A stretch of DNA of 62,820 nucleotides, counting the filler, from Octopus bimaculoides (taxonomy: Eukaryota), in assembly GCF_001194135.2 (NCBI RefSeq). It is 6 parts of 6 records of this genome, joined end to end, with 100 filler letters (N's around TTAATTAATTAA, not from the genome) between each part and the next. Parts side by side here need not be neighbours in the genome. Positions count along the whole stretch, not along the records: positions 13,483 to 38,860 come from NC_068985.1; 5 more parts are not named here. The stretch is one strand, 5' to 3'. Of the stretch, positions 14,176-26,563 are shown in pieces. Below the pieces are notes generated by a model, which searched no databases, was not told the origin of the DNA, and was given only the letters and a program-made list of their open reading frames with translations. Position 1 is the stretch's first letter; each line of letters begins with the position of its first letter. Made by a program: the position numbers and the translations under genes.

Positions 14176-14265
14176 CTAACACGTGACGAAAGGGGATCTC
14201 TCTTTCCGTCCACTTCCTTCCTAAAGAAAAGACGTGTTTTTTGTGTCTCTTCTCTCATGGTACGT
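14176..14265 (+). promoter_or_regulatory. Candidate TCT/5'TOP core promoter and first exon ending ATG|GTACGT
   Basis: CACGTG/TGACG at about 14180-14188, TCT-motif match ctCTTTCC (14200-14207), ETS-like cacttcc, ATG 14257-14259 directly followed by GTACGT; locally CpG-rich. No downstream coding exon found. Confidence 0.4.
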
Positions 14266-14451
14266 CTACCTAACGTTCACAATAATTTTTCTATCGTCTT
14301 GGCTCAACAGTCCTCACCGTTTGTTTTTACTGTCTTGTTCTCACTGTCCTGTTCTTGTTAACACTTTCACCCTCCGCAAAAAATTCCAAATTTTATTTAA
14401 TTTGCTTTGTGGGAAGGACTGTTCCACCGAAGTCGCGTATTGTCCTTCCCT

Positions 14452-14630
14452 TCGAAATGCGGAGTAGATGGAACAGGGACAACTGACGAAGGGGCATACT
14501 CTTTATGTTGTATATCTCGTTTTTCTGTTTGTTTTTTCGTTGTTCAAAAAAAGTTCATTTTTATGTTTTCGTTTCTCATTGTGTTTAACGTTTTTTTTTC
14601 ATGTTCTGTACCCATATATGCATGTATGTA
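14452..14630 (-). repeat. Unclassified dispersed repeat (second copy at 51540-51722, opposite orientation)
   Basis: Reverse complement aligns with 51540-51722 (tatgggtacag...aaacacaatgagaaacgaaaac...caacataaaga...cagttgtccctg...ttcgaagg). Confidence 0.75.
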
Positions 14631-14699
14631 TACATATAGATGTAGGTATGTACATATATGTATGGATATATGCATATATTTATATATTATTTATATTAT

Positions 14700-14757
<58 letters not shown>

Positions 14758-14967
14758 CATATACGTATACATGTATAAGAAATATATGATATAAATAAAA
14801 GGTTAGCTGAGTTAGAGGTTAAAATAACCATCTAAGGGATAGAAGTATCCATTACACTACCAGTACATTACCTATGTTTAACTATGGGCATACATACGCA
14901 AACATATTACGCTCATAGATTATAGGTAAAGACAAGCATAAATATGAATTTGTCACAGATCAAAATT

Positions 14968-15111
14968 TAAAGAAAACAGAAAATGGAGAAATATTGATGA
15001 ACAACAATTGACTTATATCAATTATTATTTATTAATTCAATAAAAAATAAACTGCATCCCATCTAAACAGCTGTTAGATCATCAATATTTCTCCATTTTC
15101 TGTTTTCTTTA
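14968..15111. repeat. Perfect 33-bp inverted repeat with 78-nt spacer
   Basis: 14968-15000 is the exact reverse complement of 15079-15111. Confidence 0.9.
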
Positions 15112-15237
15112 CATACATATATATACATCTATATATATATATACATATATATGTATATACATCTATATATATACATATATATATACATCTGTAAACATAT
15201 ATATATAGAGAGAGAGATCTATACATATACATCTGTC

Positions 15238-15301
<64 letters not shown>

Positions 15302-15394
15302 CATACACATATATACATGCATACATATGTATACATATAAATCTCTATATATACATCTATACATATACAGCTATGTATATACATACATATACAT

Positions 15395-15429
<35 letters not shown>

Positions 15430-15539
15430 NNNNNNNNNNTATATGTATGTATATGTATGTATAGCTGTATATGTATAGATGTATATATAGAGATTTGCTG
15501 ACCTGCAACTAGCACATAAAAATATCCATTACACTCTCA

Positions 15540-15686
15540 GAGTGGTTGGCATGAGGAAGGCATAGAAACCATACCAAATCAGACTGGAGTCAGATGCAGC
15601 CCCTCAGCTTACCAGCCGTGGTCAAATCATCCAACCCATACCAGCATGGACAACAGATGTTAAAAGATGATGATGATGATGATGAT
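15540..15686 (+). mobile_element. RTE-type LINE 3' end with (GAT)n tail
   Basis: Same family as 13484-13550, 28915-29055 and 30775-31650. Confidence 0.65.
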
Positions 15687-16029
15687 AGCCTATTGATATT
15701 GTGAGTGAAATTCAATTGCTGGAAACTGTATGGAGGCCATCAGGCAGAATGTATCTCTTGATTCAAAGGTCTCAGCCTTGTCACTGTGTTACATTGATTC
15801 CACCAGAATGTATATGTTGTTGTCGTCATCGTTATCATCATCATCATCGTCACCATTTAGCATCAGCAATCTTCCATTCTGGCATGGGTTGGACAGTTTG
15901 GCAGGATCTAAAAGGTTCATGTCCCAGCATCTGATTTGACATGGTCTTGCAACTGGATGCTATTCCTAACCCCAACCCCTTTACAGTGTTCTAATTACCC
16001 TTTCCATGTTACCTGCACTATTGAAGTCA

Positions 16030-16640
16030 CCATGCAGGTCACAAGACTATGAATCTCAAAGGAGTCAGGGTCACCTTTGTACTAGGGGATGAGGGGTTAA
16101 AGTATGGGAGAAATGGGGAGGGGGACAGAGCAAGTTCTTGTAGAGGAGCAGCTTGAAGAGTCATATATATTAAGAGAGGGGGGGAATGATCAGTAGGAGC
16201 TGTGAAGTGACAGACGGTGTTGATGAGGTGTCCAGGTGGTCTTTCAAGTGGAAGGTGAGTAGAAGTGTGTATGCAGGGTGTTTGTAAGATTTGGGGGTAG
16301 GATATGAAGAGAAGAGAAGGCAGACTACAACTGTATAAACCGGGAAAGCTGATGACCGACAAGTCATGAGTTGGGAAAGATGACAGGATGCAGAAGAGAG
16401 TAGAGTAGAGCAACAGGATGATAATGATGAAACAGTTAACAGGGAGGACAAGAAAGAGAGAGAGATGACATGGTTGGGTAGACTGCAGGAGTGGAGTGAG
16501 AAGAGGCAGACATAGAGCATGATAGGAGGTAATTTGGTTCAGTGAAAGGCACTGAATCAATGTAACATGTTGGTGGAGAGCACAATTTACATAGCGCTCT
16601 CAGAACTCAGTTTCACTGAGGTTGGCAGGTTTTATCAAGA
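16030..16640 (-). mobile_element. Possible degraded LINE endonuclease-region fragment
   Basis: Minus-strand GHLINT...PTDHSP resembles the C-terminal DH motif of APE endonucleases; weak. Confidence 0.3.
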
Positions 16641-17141
16641 ACCTCATATTGCCAGACATAACTTACTTTTTAATTAAATGAGTTGTCCCACCCTGACAAA
16701 AAAGATCTTAATCTTGTATGTTACATATAAACACCTCTCACAAATCCCATACACAACCATATCCTCTGCTTCATTGCTAATTCCTTTACCACATATCCCA
16801 CTTTATGACACCACTAAGCATGCAACCAACCAGAGAACAAGAACAAGTTATTAACACTAAAACTCTTCCTGTTTGTTAAGCTGACAGTTATCATTCTTTT
16901 ATGCATTTATCTAATAGCTTGTTTATTCATTTTTGACTATGTATTTCTTGTTTACAGTTATCATTCACATGCTTAACTCATTCCTTCATTCATTCTTTAC
17001 TTTTTGACGAAGCATTACACCTAACTCAAATAGTTTATTTTCGTTGTCGGATGAAATTATGAACTCAGAGAATTGATCTTTGAAGATAAAATGTTGAAGC
17101 AAAGTTACTCTACACTCACATGCTCATCATCATCATCATTA

Positions 17142-17244
17142 TTAAAGAAGAGATTTTAAATTCTCGAACACAGGATAATGCTAATAATATAGGCTATATT
17201 ATTAGCATTATCCTGCGTTCGAGAATTTAAAATCACTTCTTTAA
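17142..17244. repeat. 103-bp near-perfect palindrome, possibly a TTAA-flanked MITE
   Basis: 51-bp arms around a single central base (17193), 2 mismatches, TTAA at both ends. Confidence 0.9.
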
Positions 17245-17567
17245 CTTTCTAAGACATCTCAACACTTCTAAAAGCAAACTTTGTTTGTTTACGTTTATCA
17301 TAATTTGAATTTATCATCATTATTGTTATAACTCCTGCTTTTATATGCTCACATGGATTCAACAGAGTTTACTGAGGTACATTTTCTATAGCTGGATACC
17401 CTTCTCGTCATCAACCCTCACCTGTTTTCAAGCAAAGGAATAATTTCCCCCACAGCCAGACATGTTTCTGCAGAAAACTGGAAATGAATGACACTGCCTG
17501 TATGAGAGTGACACTCTTTTACAACTATCATGTAATGTCAAGACACGGAAACACAAACATATACATA

Positions 17568-18135
17568 GGTGCAGGAGTGGCTGTGTGGTAAGTAGCTTGC
17601 TAACCAAGCACATGGTTCCAGGTTCAGTCCCACTGCATGGCAACTTGGGCAAGTGTCTTTTACTATAGTCTCAGGCTGACCAAAGCCTTGTGTGTGGATT
17701 TGGTAGACAGAAACTGAAAGAAGCCCGTCATATATATGTATATATATGTGTGTGTGTATATGTTTGTTTGTGTTTGCGCCCACCCACCCCNNNNNNNNNN
17801 NNNNNNNNNNNNNNNNNNNNNNNNNNNNNNNNNNNNNNNNNNNNNNNNNNNNNNNNNNNNNNNNNNNNNNNNNNNNNNNNNNNNNNNNNNNNNNNNNNNN
17901 NNNNNNNNNNNNNNNNNNNNNNNNNNNNNNNNNNNNNNNNNNNNNNNNNNNNNNNNNNNNNNNNNNNNNNNNNNNNNNNNNNNNNNNNNNNNNNNNNNNN
18001 NNNNNNNNNNNNNNNNNNNNNNNNNNNNNNNNNNNNNAAGTACTAGGCTTACAAAGAATAAGTCCTGGGGTCAATTTGTTCAACTAAAGGCGGTGCTCCA
18101 GCATGGCCACAGTAAAATGACTGAAACAAATTTAA
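17568..18135 (+). mobile_element. CORE-like SINE (family C), CpG-decayed, spans a gap
   Basis: Head ggtgcaggagtggctgtgtggtaag, cttgggcaagtgtctt, tail gactgaaacaa. Confidence 0.85.
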
Positions 18136-18194
18136 AAAATACTCACACTCATACATGCATACATACATACATACATACATACATACATACATGA

Positions 18195-19455
18195 TGGTCG
18201 TCTACTCATGATTGAGGAAGACCATTGCTGACCTTCAGGAACATTGTGCGCTCTAGGACTAACTTATATTTTGCATCTGCAGCTATGTTGGTGACTAATG
18301 AGCCCTACTCTTGACAAGCATACATGACTGCAAACATTGCAAACCAAGCTTTCCCCATTCACTACACTAGCAGTGTGCTTTCGAGTAGCACACTTAAATT
18401 CTTCATGCAGAATACGTGCTCTCTCAAAGGTGTCGGTCCTTTCCTTAACCTGCTTCCTCCATCTGCTCTCCCAGTCAGTTTCCTGCATATCACAGGCCTT
18501 TAATGAGGACTTAACACAGTCCTTAAATTGCAACCTTGGTTTCTGCTGGGGTCTCTTTCCATTAACAAGCTCCCCATATAGCATCTGCTTAGGGATCCTG
18601 CTATCCTTCATTCTAATAAGGTGTCCAGTCCAACGTAACCAGTGCCTGTGCACCATCACCTCAATACTCAAGATATAAGATCTCCTCAGGACTTGTGTGT
18701 CTGGAGTTTTTAAGGTCCAGTCAACATTCAGAATGTGTCTCAGACATCTCTAATGAAAGTGTTCAAGGACCTTTACATGACATTTGTAAAGGGTTCTTGT
18801 CTCACATGAGTAGAGGAGCGATGTCAGTACACTTGCACAGTACACAGCAATTTTTGTTTGTTTTGTGATGCCATGCTGGGACCAGACACAAGACTGAAGA
18901 GACTGGAAGGAATCAGTTGCTCTCTGCAGCCTGAAAGATATTTCCTCATCCAAGGAGCAAGAACAGCTGAGTGTGCTGCCCAGGCAGACAAACATGTCTA
19001 CCACTTTCAGTATTGTTCCTTCGACCAAGATAGTTGGTTCCACATATAGATTTCCTGGTGCAGACTGGAACATTACAACAGTCTTGTCCAGACCAATGCT
19101 GATTCCAAATGCCTTGCAAGAAGCAGAAATATGATTCATAAGTATTTGCATGTCATCCACTGTATGAGTGACTAAGTCACAGTCATCTGCATAAAGGAGG
19201 TCATGAATAAGAGACTGGAAAACTTTTGAATTGGCGGCAAATTGGTGCAGATTAAAGAGGCAGCCAAAAGATCAATACCTGATATATATTCCCAGAGAGC
19301 TAACCTTAGCAAAAGCATGAGTAAAAGAAACAACAAAGTACAGAGAAAAGAGAGTTGGGACAATGATGTCACCCTACTTGACACCATTCTTTACAGGAAT
19401 GGGTCCCGCCATGCCGCCACCAACATTGACCCAAGCCTCCATCCCATCATGAAAT
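18195..19455 (-). mobile_element. RTE-clade LINE, 3' fragment (RT C-terminal half), degraded
   Basis: Minus-strand LLYADDC region, FGISIGLDKTVVM, YCASVLTSLLYSCET, LRWTGHLIRM...KQMLYGEL and C-terminal CNVCSHVC...GLISH. Confidence 0.9.
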
Positions 19456-19986
19456 AATTTAATTATGGGTACAAAGTGATCTGGACATCTAAGTTTGCCA
19501 AGTATTTTCTATAGCAAGGCCCTATTCACAAAGCTGTTAGACGCTGGCATACAGCGATCGATGTATACGCAGTGAACGTTTTCTCCATTTGCGTGCAATA
19601 AGGCTTAGGGCAAGCAATTGTAATATCGAAATAACTTGAAAAGAATGCATGTGGGAATGCCGTTATAATGAATGCTCATTTAAATGTATTTTGCATGGAG
19701 TTGATGTACTTTTTAACAGGAGAGGAGTGCCTGCAGGCTGGTTCTTCTCAAGTTTATGCATTTTCAGGTTCAATGTGTTTCAAATAAGTACTGACAATTA
19801 AAGGTGATTGCAAAGACAAAGAACTACCTGTTTTTTTTTAACAATTTTAACAGTGAGAACATTGGACAAAATATGTTATTGACATTAATAGTTTGTACCT
19901 CAGCTAATTACTGTTGAGAACTGCATAATCCATGTGTCATGTTAGAGATCTAAAAGGCATTTTCGAATTTCATTATTTTCTTTAAT

Positions 19987-20014
19987 CCAGGCAACGCTGG
20001 ATATTTCTGCTAGT
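19987..20014 (+). mobile_element. Helitron-like 3' terminus
   Basis: Hairpin ccag-gcaacg-ctgg followed 9 nt later by CTAG-T (20010-20014). Confidence 0.45.
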
Positions 20015-20831
20015 TAGCCTATAAACTTAAATTCCTTATCCACTCCTAACTCTTTACTTACAACCATCATATAATATTTTTTTACAAATTACCACAAAAT
20101 TTCCTGCTGCATTATCTGCTCGTACTATTACATATTTTTTATGTAATTCATTTATGTATTCTTTAACTAGTGGTTTATTCAAAACTGAATCTTTCCCGAT
20201 CCACTTATCAAATTTCTTTAAATGTTTAACTACCATATAAGTTAATTTGCTAACCCAGCTATTGAACTCATCCAATTTGACCTTATTTTTTGAGACTTAA
20301 TTTAACTATGAATTCATTAATGGCTTTAAATATAACTTTCTTTAAATTATATTTACTAATTTTACCCTGTTCTCTGTATTTTGTCCCTTTACTCATAATC
20401 TCCCTTAGTTCCTTATTTTTAATAATATCTAAATTTCTTGTATAAACATGTCCTATTTCTTTATAACAAAATTCCGAATTATCTCCTTTACAATCTTCTA
20501 AGTATATTTCTTTCAAACTTTCAAGACTGATTTTTGATAGGATCTTATCATAATTAAATAAGGTATTACATATCTTCTTACCAAGCTTATAACAAATCTT
20601 GACATTTATATGTCTAACATTTTCCAGCAAAAGGATTTTTTTGTTTTATTATTTCTAATTACCTTACCTGAATTAACATCATCAATGAAATTACTGACAT
20701 AAGGTATTTTTAAGTATTCAACTTTAACATAATTGGTTTTCACTTTAGCTTCTTTCATTGACCTATTAAAAAAACTATCCACTAAAAAACTAACTTCAGA
20801 TAGTTGGCATATCTCCATTATTTCTTTAAGC
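20015..20831 (-). mobile_element. Penelope-like element fragment, Naiad-type EN-RT linker and RT N-terminus
   Basis: Minus-strand LKIPYVSN, TLFNYDKIL, DCKGDNSEFCY..IGHVYT, SKGTKYRE, LHKKYVIVRADNAAGNFVVICKK; frameshifts fall in A-runs. Confidence 0.7.
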
Positions 20832-21639
20832 TCACTCTTTTTAATCCAGGTGGAGTGAAGATTCTCTTTTCGATGTACCGATGGGGGCATACGACGGGGC
20901 TGAATTGTGTATGCTTATAGGAGCTTACATTCTGCACTATCTGAAACTAGAATTTCCGTTTATAGATGCAGGATTATATAGAGATGACAGTCTTATAGTC
21001 ACCCATAATTTAAACGGCCACGAACTGGATAAGCTTAGGAAGGATCTTATAGCTTTCTTCCAAAGGATAGGCTTACGGATCACAGTAGATACTAACCTAA
21101 AAAAAGTAGATTTCTTAGATGTAAATTTAGATTTGAATTCAAATATATTCAAACCTTACCGTAAACCAAATGATAAATTATTCTATATTAGCAGAGAATC
21201 CAACCATCCGCCTGTTATTCTTAGAAACTTAGTTAGCAACATAGGTAGGCGAATATCGTCAATTTCTGCGGACGAGGCAACATTCTGTAACGCAGCACCT
21301 TATTATAATAGCGCTTTAAGGAATAGTGGATTCTCTGAGAGGATCCAGTACACCCAGTCTAATGCTAGCAGCAGTGCAGCACGTAGAACTAGGACTAGGA
21401 AAGTTTTGTGGTTCAACCCAGCTTTCAATATGGCCGTAAGAACTAATATAGGTAAGGAATTTTTTAAATTGGTCTCTAGGCACTTTCAACCTGATCATAA
21501 GTTTTACAGAATATTCAATAGAAGAACGCTTAAGATCAGCTATTCTTGCTGCAAAAACTTCGCCTCTTTGATCGGCCAGCACAACAATAAGATAATTGCC
21601 AAAAACCATAATGCCGACTCGCTTACAAAGAGCTGCAAT
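20832..21639 (+). mobile_element. Penelope-like element RT fragment (second, different family)
   Basis: LFDVPMGAYDGAELC, GLYRDD, VDFLDV, PYRKPN, SNHPP, WFNPAF, IFNRRTLKISYSC; open frame cut by a SINE at 21640. Confidence 0.88.
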
Positions 21640-21883
21640 ACCAGCATCGGTTGTCAAGTGATGTTGGGGGACAAACACAGACACACAAATACACACACAT
21701 ATATATATATACATATACATATGATGGGCTTCTTTCAGTTTCCGTCTACCAAATCTACTCACAGGCTTTGGTCAGCCCCAGGCTATAGTAGAAGACACTT
21801 GCCCAAGGTGCCATGCAGTGGAACTGAACCCAGAACCATGTGGTTGGTAAGCAAGCTACTTACCACACAGCCACTCCTGCACC
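21640..21883 (-). mobile_element. CORE-like SINE (family C), 5' part
   Basis: Reverse complement of the family C head plus internal microsatellite. Confidence 0.85.
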
Positions 21884-21889
21884 TATATA

Positions 21890-22484
21890 TATAATTACTA
21901 TATTTTTCATATTTGAGATAACATTCTTAAAAGTAGTCGTACTTTTTTCTTGTCAGACCAACTTTTACACTCTTCTTTGAAGATTTCTTCATATCTACGC
22001 AAATATGTAGAGAAGGTACCTTCTGGATTGTATTTGAATTCTCCAATTGAGTTTGCTACGCTGTCTGGCAAGTACGAACCTGAAGTATTTTCAGACTTTT
22101 TCAGTGTTAATTCCAGCAACTGTTGGTTTTTTTGTTGCTACTGAAGTTGCTGCTGCCATTGCTGCTGTAACTGCTATTGCTACTGCTGTAGTTGCTGTTG
22201 CAACTACACCATTCAGGTCAATAAGTTCTCCATTTTAAAATGATTTTTTCTTTGGTTTTGTATCAAAAATTTTAAATGCCCAACACAATTTTCAAACAAC
22301 TCGTCACCACTTCTATATCCTTGTATTGGATATCTGATATAACAAAGCAGGGGTGAAGAAAGTATATACACAATGCACCACTATTAATATTACACGAAAC
22401 TCAACACTCTCGATCACAGCTAGAAGCAAACTGCTTACCAATACGAACTGCCAATCGCTCACAGTTCTTTGTTTTATAACAACA
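21890..22484 (-). mobile_element. Gypsy (Mag-like) LTR retrotransposon 5' end: short LTR, PBS and gag start
   Basis: TGT...ACA LTR candidate at about 22322-22484, PBS-like tggtgacgag at about 22300-22309, gag-like FSTYLRRYEEIFKEECKSWSDKKKVRLLLR. Confidence 0.65.
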
Positions 22485-23590
22485 AGACAATCTACTTTTA
22501 GTCACTTGGGGATGGTCAGAATCCTTCCACAGCAAAAACATAGTCCAGTGATATGATGAACAAGAAGGGTGTATAAGAAAGAGACAGTTGTACAAAAGAA
22601 ACATTTATTTCATCAGAAATTGAAACAAGACCTTTAACTTTGACTGTCTTGCAGTCAAATATATTTATCTCCTCAGACTGTATTAGAAATGCATCCCCAC
22701 TCCATTAAATGCAATCAAACAATAATGATGATGATGATGATAATAATAATAGTAATAATAAATCACCTTTTATTACATTGTATTCAGAAATATTCATGAG
22801 TTTTTTGCTTATCTTCTTACTCTTTAAATCTTATGCCACAGTATCTTACTGACATCTAATTCACATTGAAACATTATAGTCAAGAACATCTGCCTTTTGA
22901 AATGGGAGTGTAACACACTCTTTCTTTATTATATTCTTTTGTTTTAAAATCAGGAAAAAAAAAATCATCTAATTCAAACCAAATCAAAAATATGGAGTGA
23001 AGTATTTCCAATGATATATAATAAAAAAAAACTGAAGTCATTATGTTTTAAGAAGAAAAACATGTTTAGTATAAAAGTGTGTTAATAAACAAAATACTTG
23101 TCTTCACTTTGTCAATATGACATCTTTGATAACTAAATATGACAAAAGAATATTATAAATTGTGTTCGTACAAATGTGAAAGAAATGTCTTCAATAATTT
23201 TAAGAAAAGTTACTTCAAAAATGAATTTGACATAAAAAAATTGCAAATCTTAAAAGAAATATTATTCTAAGATCTGTAGGTACAACTGGGCCAAAATTTG
23301 GTTTGGTATATAATTAAATAGAAATTTTATGATAAAATATATGCAAAAAGAAATAGTAAAAAATGATATTATCATAAGCATTAAATATAACAAAATATTT
23401 CCCAACCCAAAATATGAGAAAAAAAAATTAACTTTTTATTCCATATTTAAAAATTCCTTCATAACTCAGCAAATGTAAATGGTTGTCATTGTTTGTGTTG
23501 ATGCTTCTTGGTTTTGAGAGAAGTGAACAAAACCTATTTTTCAAGACAGAGCTGCTTTAAGTCATGAAATTCCTTTGTCACTTAATCAAT

Positions 23591-24497
23591 TTATGACCCT
23601 AGTGTAGTGTCATCTTGTAACTGTGTATATACATATTCATCAGATGGAATGAGATGAAGTGGCTTATCTGTGTTGTTCCATTTGTCACAGATATGGTCAT
23701 AAATTCTTGGTGGCTGAAGATTACCATTGGCAATTGCAGGTTTATTATCTAGTTTTAAAGAGTTGTTTTGTGAGTTATTTTCACCAACGTTACCATCTGT
23801 TTGCCTTTGGAATGTGGAATACTGACTTTTTAATTCATTTGGCTCTGTAACAGTTTCATAAATGTCATTAACCTGACTGTTGTTCCTGTCCTGATCAGAA
23901 GTGAGTAAATCATCAACTCTCTCATAAATTGCATCAGGCTCTGATGCACTGTCACTTTCCATCAGAGGAGCTGATGGAAGGGCACGGTCAAAATATTCTG
24001 GAGACAGAGAAGAACATTGATAACATGGAACTTCTTTATATACTATAGCCTCATTAACTTCTTGAGAACCTGGCTTTGCTGTTGAATCTTTTGATGCCTG
24101 CCGATGAAGGCTACCTGTTTTTCTCAGAGATCCATTCGGTTTTACTTTCTTCATTCTGGGACAGGTGGAATTCATTCTACCCTGAACCATTTCTTCAACA
24201 ATTTGATCATAGTTGTCTTTGATAGTCAAAGAGGGTATTTTCTCTAACACTGTCCTTGGACTCCTTAATTTACTGTAGCGCTCAACAACAGGATCCTGGT
24301 TTGACCCTTTAACTTCATCAATACAATTGTAAGTGTTTTCCTCAACTTTTTTCTGAATAATCTCATCATCAGCTTCAACAGTAAAATAAGTATTCTCTTC
24401 CTCTGGTGAAGCAGCATCAAAATTCTCAGGAAGGTGAGTACAACCATATAAACCAGTTGCTGAAGATGGCGGAGCTGCCACAGATTTTTGCTTTGGT
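23591..24497 (-). CDS. Terminal exon of uncharacterised type I receptor: tyrosine-motif-rich cytoplasmic tail
   Basis: 907-nt open frame in AT-rich DNA; acceptor ttttgatttatttcag|A, phase 2 matching the TM exon; TAA at 23593-23591; AATAAA downstream (e.g. 23435-23440). Confidence 0.88.
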
Positions 24498-24556
24498 CTG
24501 AAATAAATCAAAATTAAGAGAAAGTTAAACATAATGTCAAATTAAAATGGTTATTT

Positions 24557-24590
<34 letters not shown>

Positions 24591-25069
24591 ACACACACAC
24601 ACGTGCGTGCACCACCAACACACACAATAGACATATAAAGATGGATAAATTATGCTAGATGGATTCATGGCTTAGCAGATTAAATTGTGAAAATGTACCA
24701 ATCAGAAAAGTGGTATATCCAGGCTTCCTAATTTTCCCTACGCTGCAGAGTGAAGGAACCTATCAAAGGTCTTCTGTTGACTGATAAATGTAAAGCCCAG
24801 TGGGTTTTTTCTTAGTAGTTGTTTTTCTGAGAATATTTCATTTGTAGTTCCACATCCTGATCCAATCCCAAATTGCATTATATCCAATGTAATTCTATTC
24901 CGAAATAACTTCACTGATACTCTACACTGCTGTTTTAATTTTAGGAAATCATATTACTCAATAATGAAACTAACAAAGGAAAAGCTTGCGTGCGCACACA
25001 CACACACATATATTATTGATCATTGGCAGAAATTACAGAATGGTTCAATGGCAAAGAGATTCATGCAGG

Positions 25070-26563
25070 TAGACAGAAACTGAAAGAAGCCCAATGTACA
25101 TATGTATATATGTGTATATATCTATCAGGTCATCCCATAAGTTCTGTCCAAATTTTGAATAAAGAAAACAAGTGATCAAATGTTATATTTAATTGAAATT
25201 TAATCATCAATGTACTTTCCCTGATTATCTATGACTTCCTTCCATCTATTTACAAGCTTTTTAATCCCATCAATGTAAAACTCTTTTGGTTTCAAAATGA
25301 AGAACTCTGAAATGTTAGTTTCGACCTCCCCCTGGCTTGCGAAAGTTATGTCCCCCAAATGATTCTGTCAACTACAAAACAAATGATAGTCTGAAGGAGC
25401 AAGGTTGGGAGAATAAGGTGGATGAGGATTTTTTTCCCTACCAAGCTCTTTGATCTTTGCANNNNNNNNNNNNNNNNNNNNNNNNNNNNNNNNNNNNNNN
25501 NNNNNNNNNNNNNNNNNNNNNNNNNNNNNNNNNNNNNNNNNNNNNNNNNNNNNNNNNNNNNNNNNNNNNNNNNNNNNNNNNNNNNNNNNNNNNNNNNNNN
25601 NNNNNNNNNNNNNNNNNNNNNNNNNNNNNNNNNNNNNNNNNNNNNNNNNNNNNNNNNNNNNNNNNNNNNNNNNNNNNNNNNNNNNNNNNNNNNNNNNNNN
25701 NNNNNNNNNNNNNNNNNNNNNNNNNNNNNNNNNNNNNNNNNNNNNNNNNNNNNNNNNNNNNNNNNNNNNNNNNNNNNNNNNNNNNNNNNNNNNNNNNGTC
25801 CATTTTCCAAGTTTAGGAACCTTTCCAAGTTGTTGAAGATAATGATGAACAGTTGTATGGTTTGAACTAAGCTTTATTGCGAATTCTTCAACTGATAATG
25901 CAGGATTTTCTTCAAGTAATACCTCAAGGAGCTTATCATCAAACTCAACTGGACATCCTGTTTGATCTTCATCTTCAAGGCTGAAATCTCCACTTCTGAA
26001 TTTTGCAAACCATCTTCTGCAAGTTCTTTCATTCAAGCATTCTTTCCCATAAACTGAGTGTATGTTTCGAGTCGCTTCGGCTGCAGAGTTTCCTTTTTTC
26101 TACTCATAAAGTATTACGTGCCTCAAATGCTCTTTGGATACTTCCATGTTAGAAAAGGTTTTAATCAATGAAATTTTAATTCTATTATTCTGTAAAATAA
26201 TATTTAATTAGCTTAAATGTGCACAAATGCATAAAAATAATTTTTAATTCCATTAGACATTCTAAAATACTATTAAATTTCATTCAATTTTAAAAAAGGT
26301 AAAATCAGACAGAACTTATGGGATGACCTGATATGTTTGTGTGTCTTAGTGTCTGTGTTTGTCCCCTACCACCACTTGCCAACTAGTGCTGAAGCGTTTC
26401 CGTCCCAGTAACTTAGCAGTTCAACAAAAGTGATCGATAGAATAAGTACCAGGCTTTAAAAGAAAAAAATAAGTGCTGAGATAAATACATTCGACTAAAG
26501 AATTCTTCAAGGTGGTGCCCTAGTCTAATGACTGAACAAGTAAATGATAAAAGATAAAAGATA
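25070..26563 (+). mobile_element. Family C SINE remnant split by a mariner insertion
   Basis: 5' part to 25124 (gacagaaactgaaagaagccc) resumes at 26332 (gtgtctgtgtttgtcccc...gactgaacaagtaaa). Confidence 0.75.
25125..26331 (-). mobile_element. Mariner transposon with perfect 24-bp TIRs and TA TSD; transposase disabled
   Basis: TIR tcaggtcatcccataagttctgtc and its exact reverse complement; ATG at 26147 (MEVSKEHLRHVILYEY...RRWFAKFRSGD); HPPYSPNLAPSDYHLF followed by a premature stop. Confidence 0.95.

Noticed and set aside
14452-14495. GAAA...CTGACGA permuted hammerhead candidate (CTGATGA in the 51.7-kb copy)
   Set aside because: No stem I can form between the putative cleavage site and the core in either copy.
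20015-20831. Selenocysteine-type in-frame TGA in the Naiad-like fragment
   Set aside because: The breaks are frameshifts at A-runs; no in-frame TGA seen in the homologous frame.
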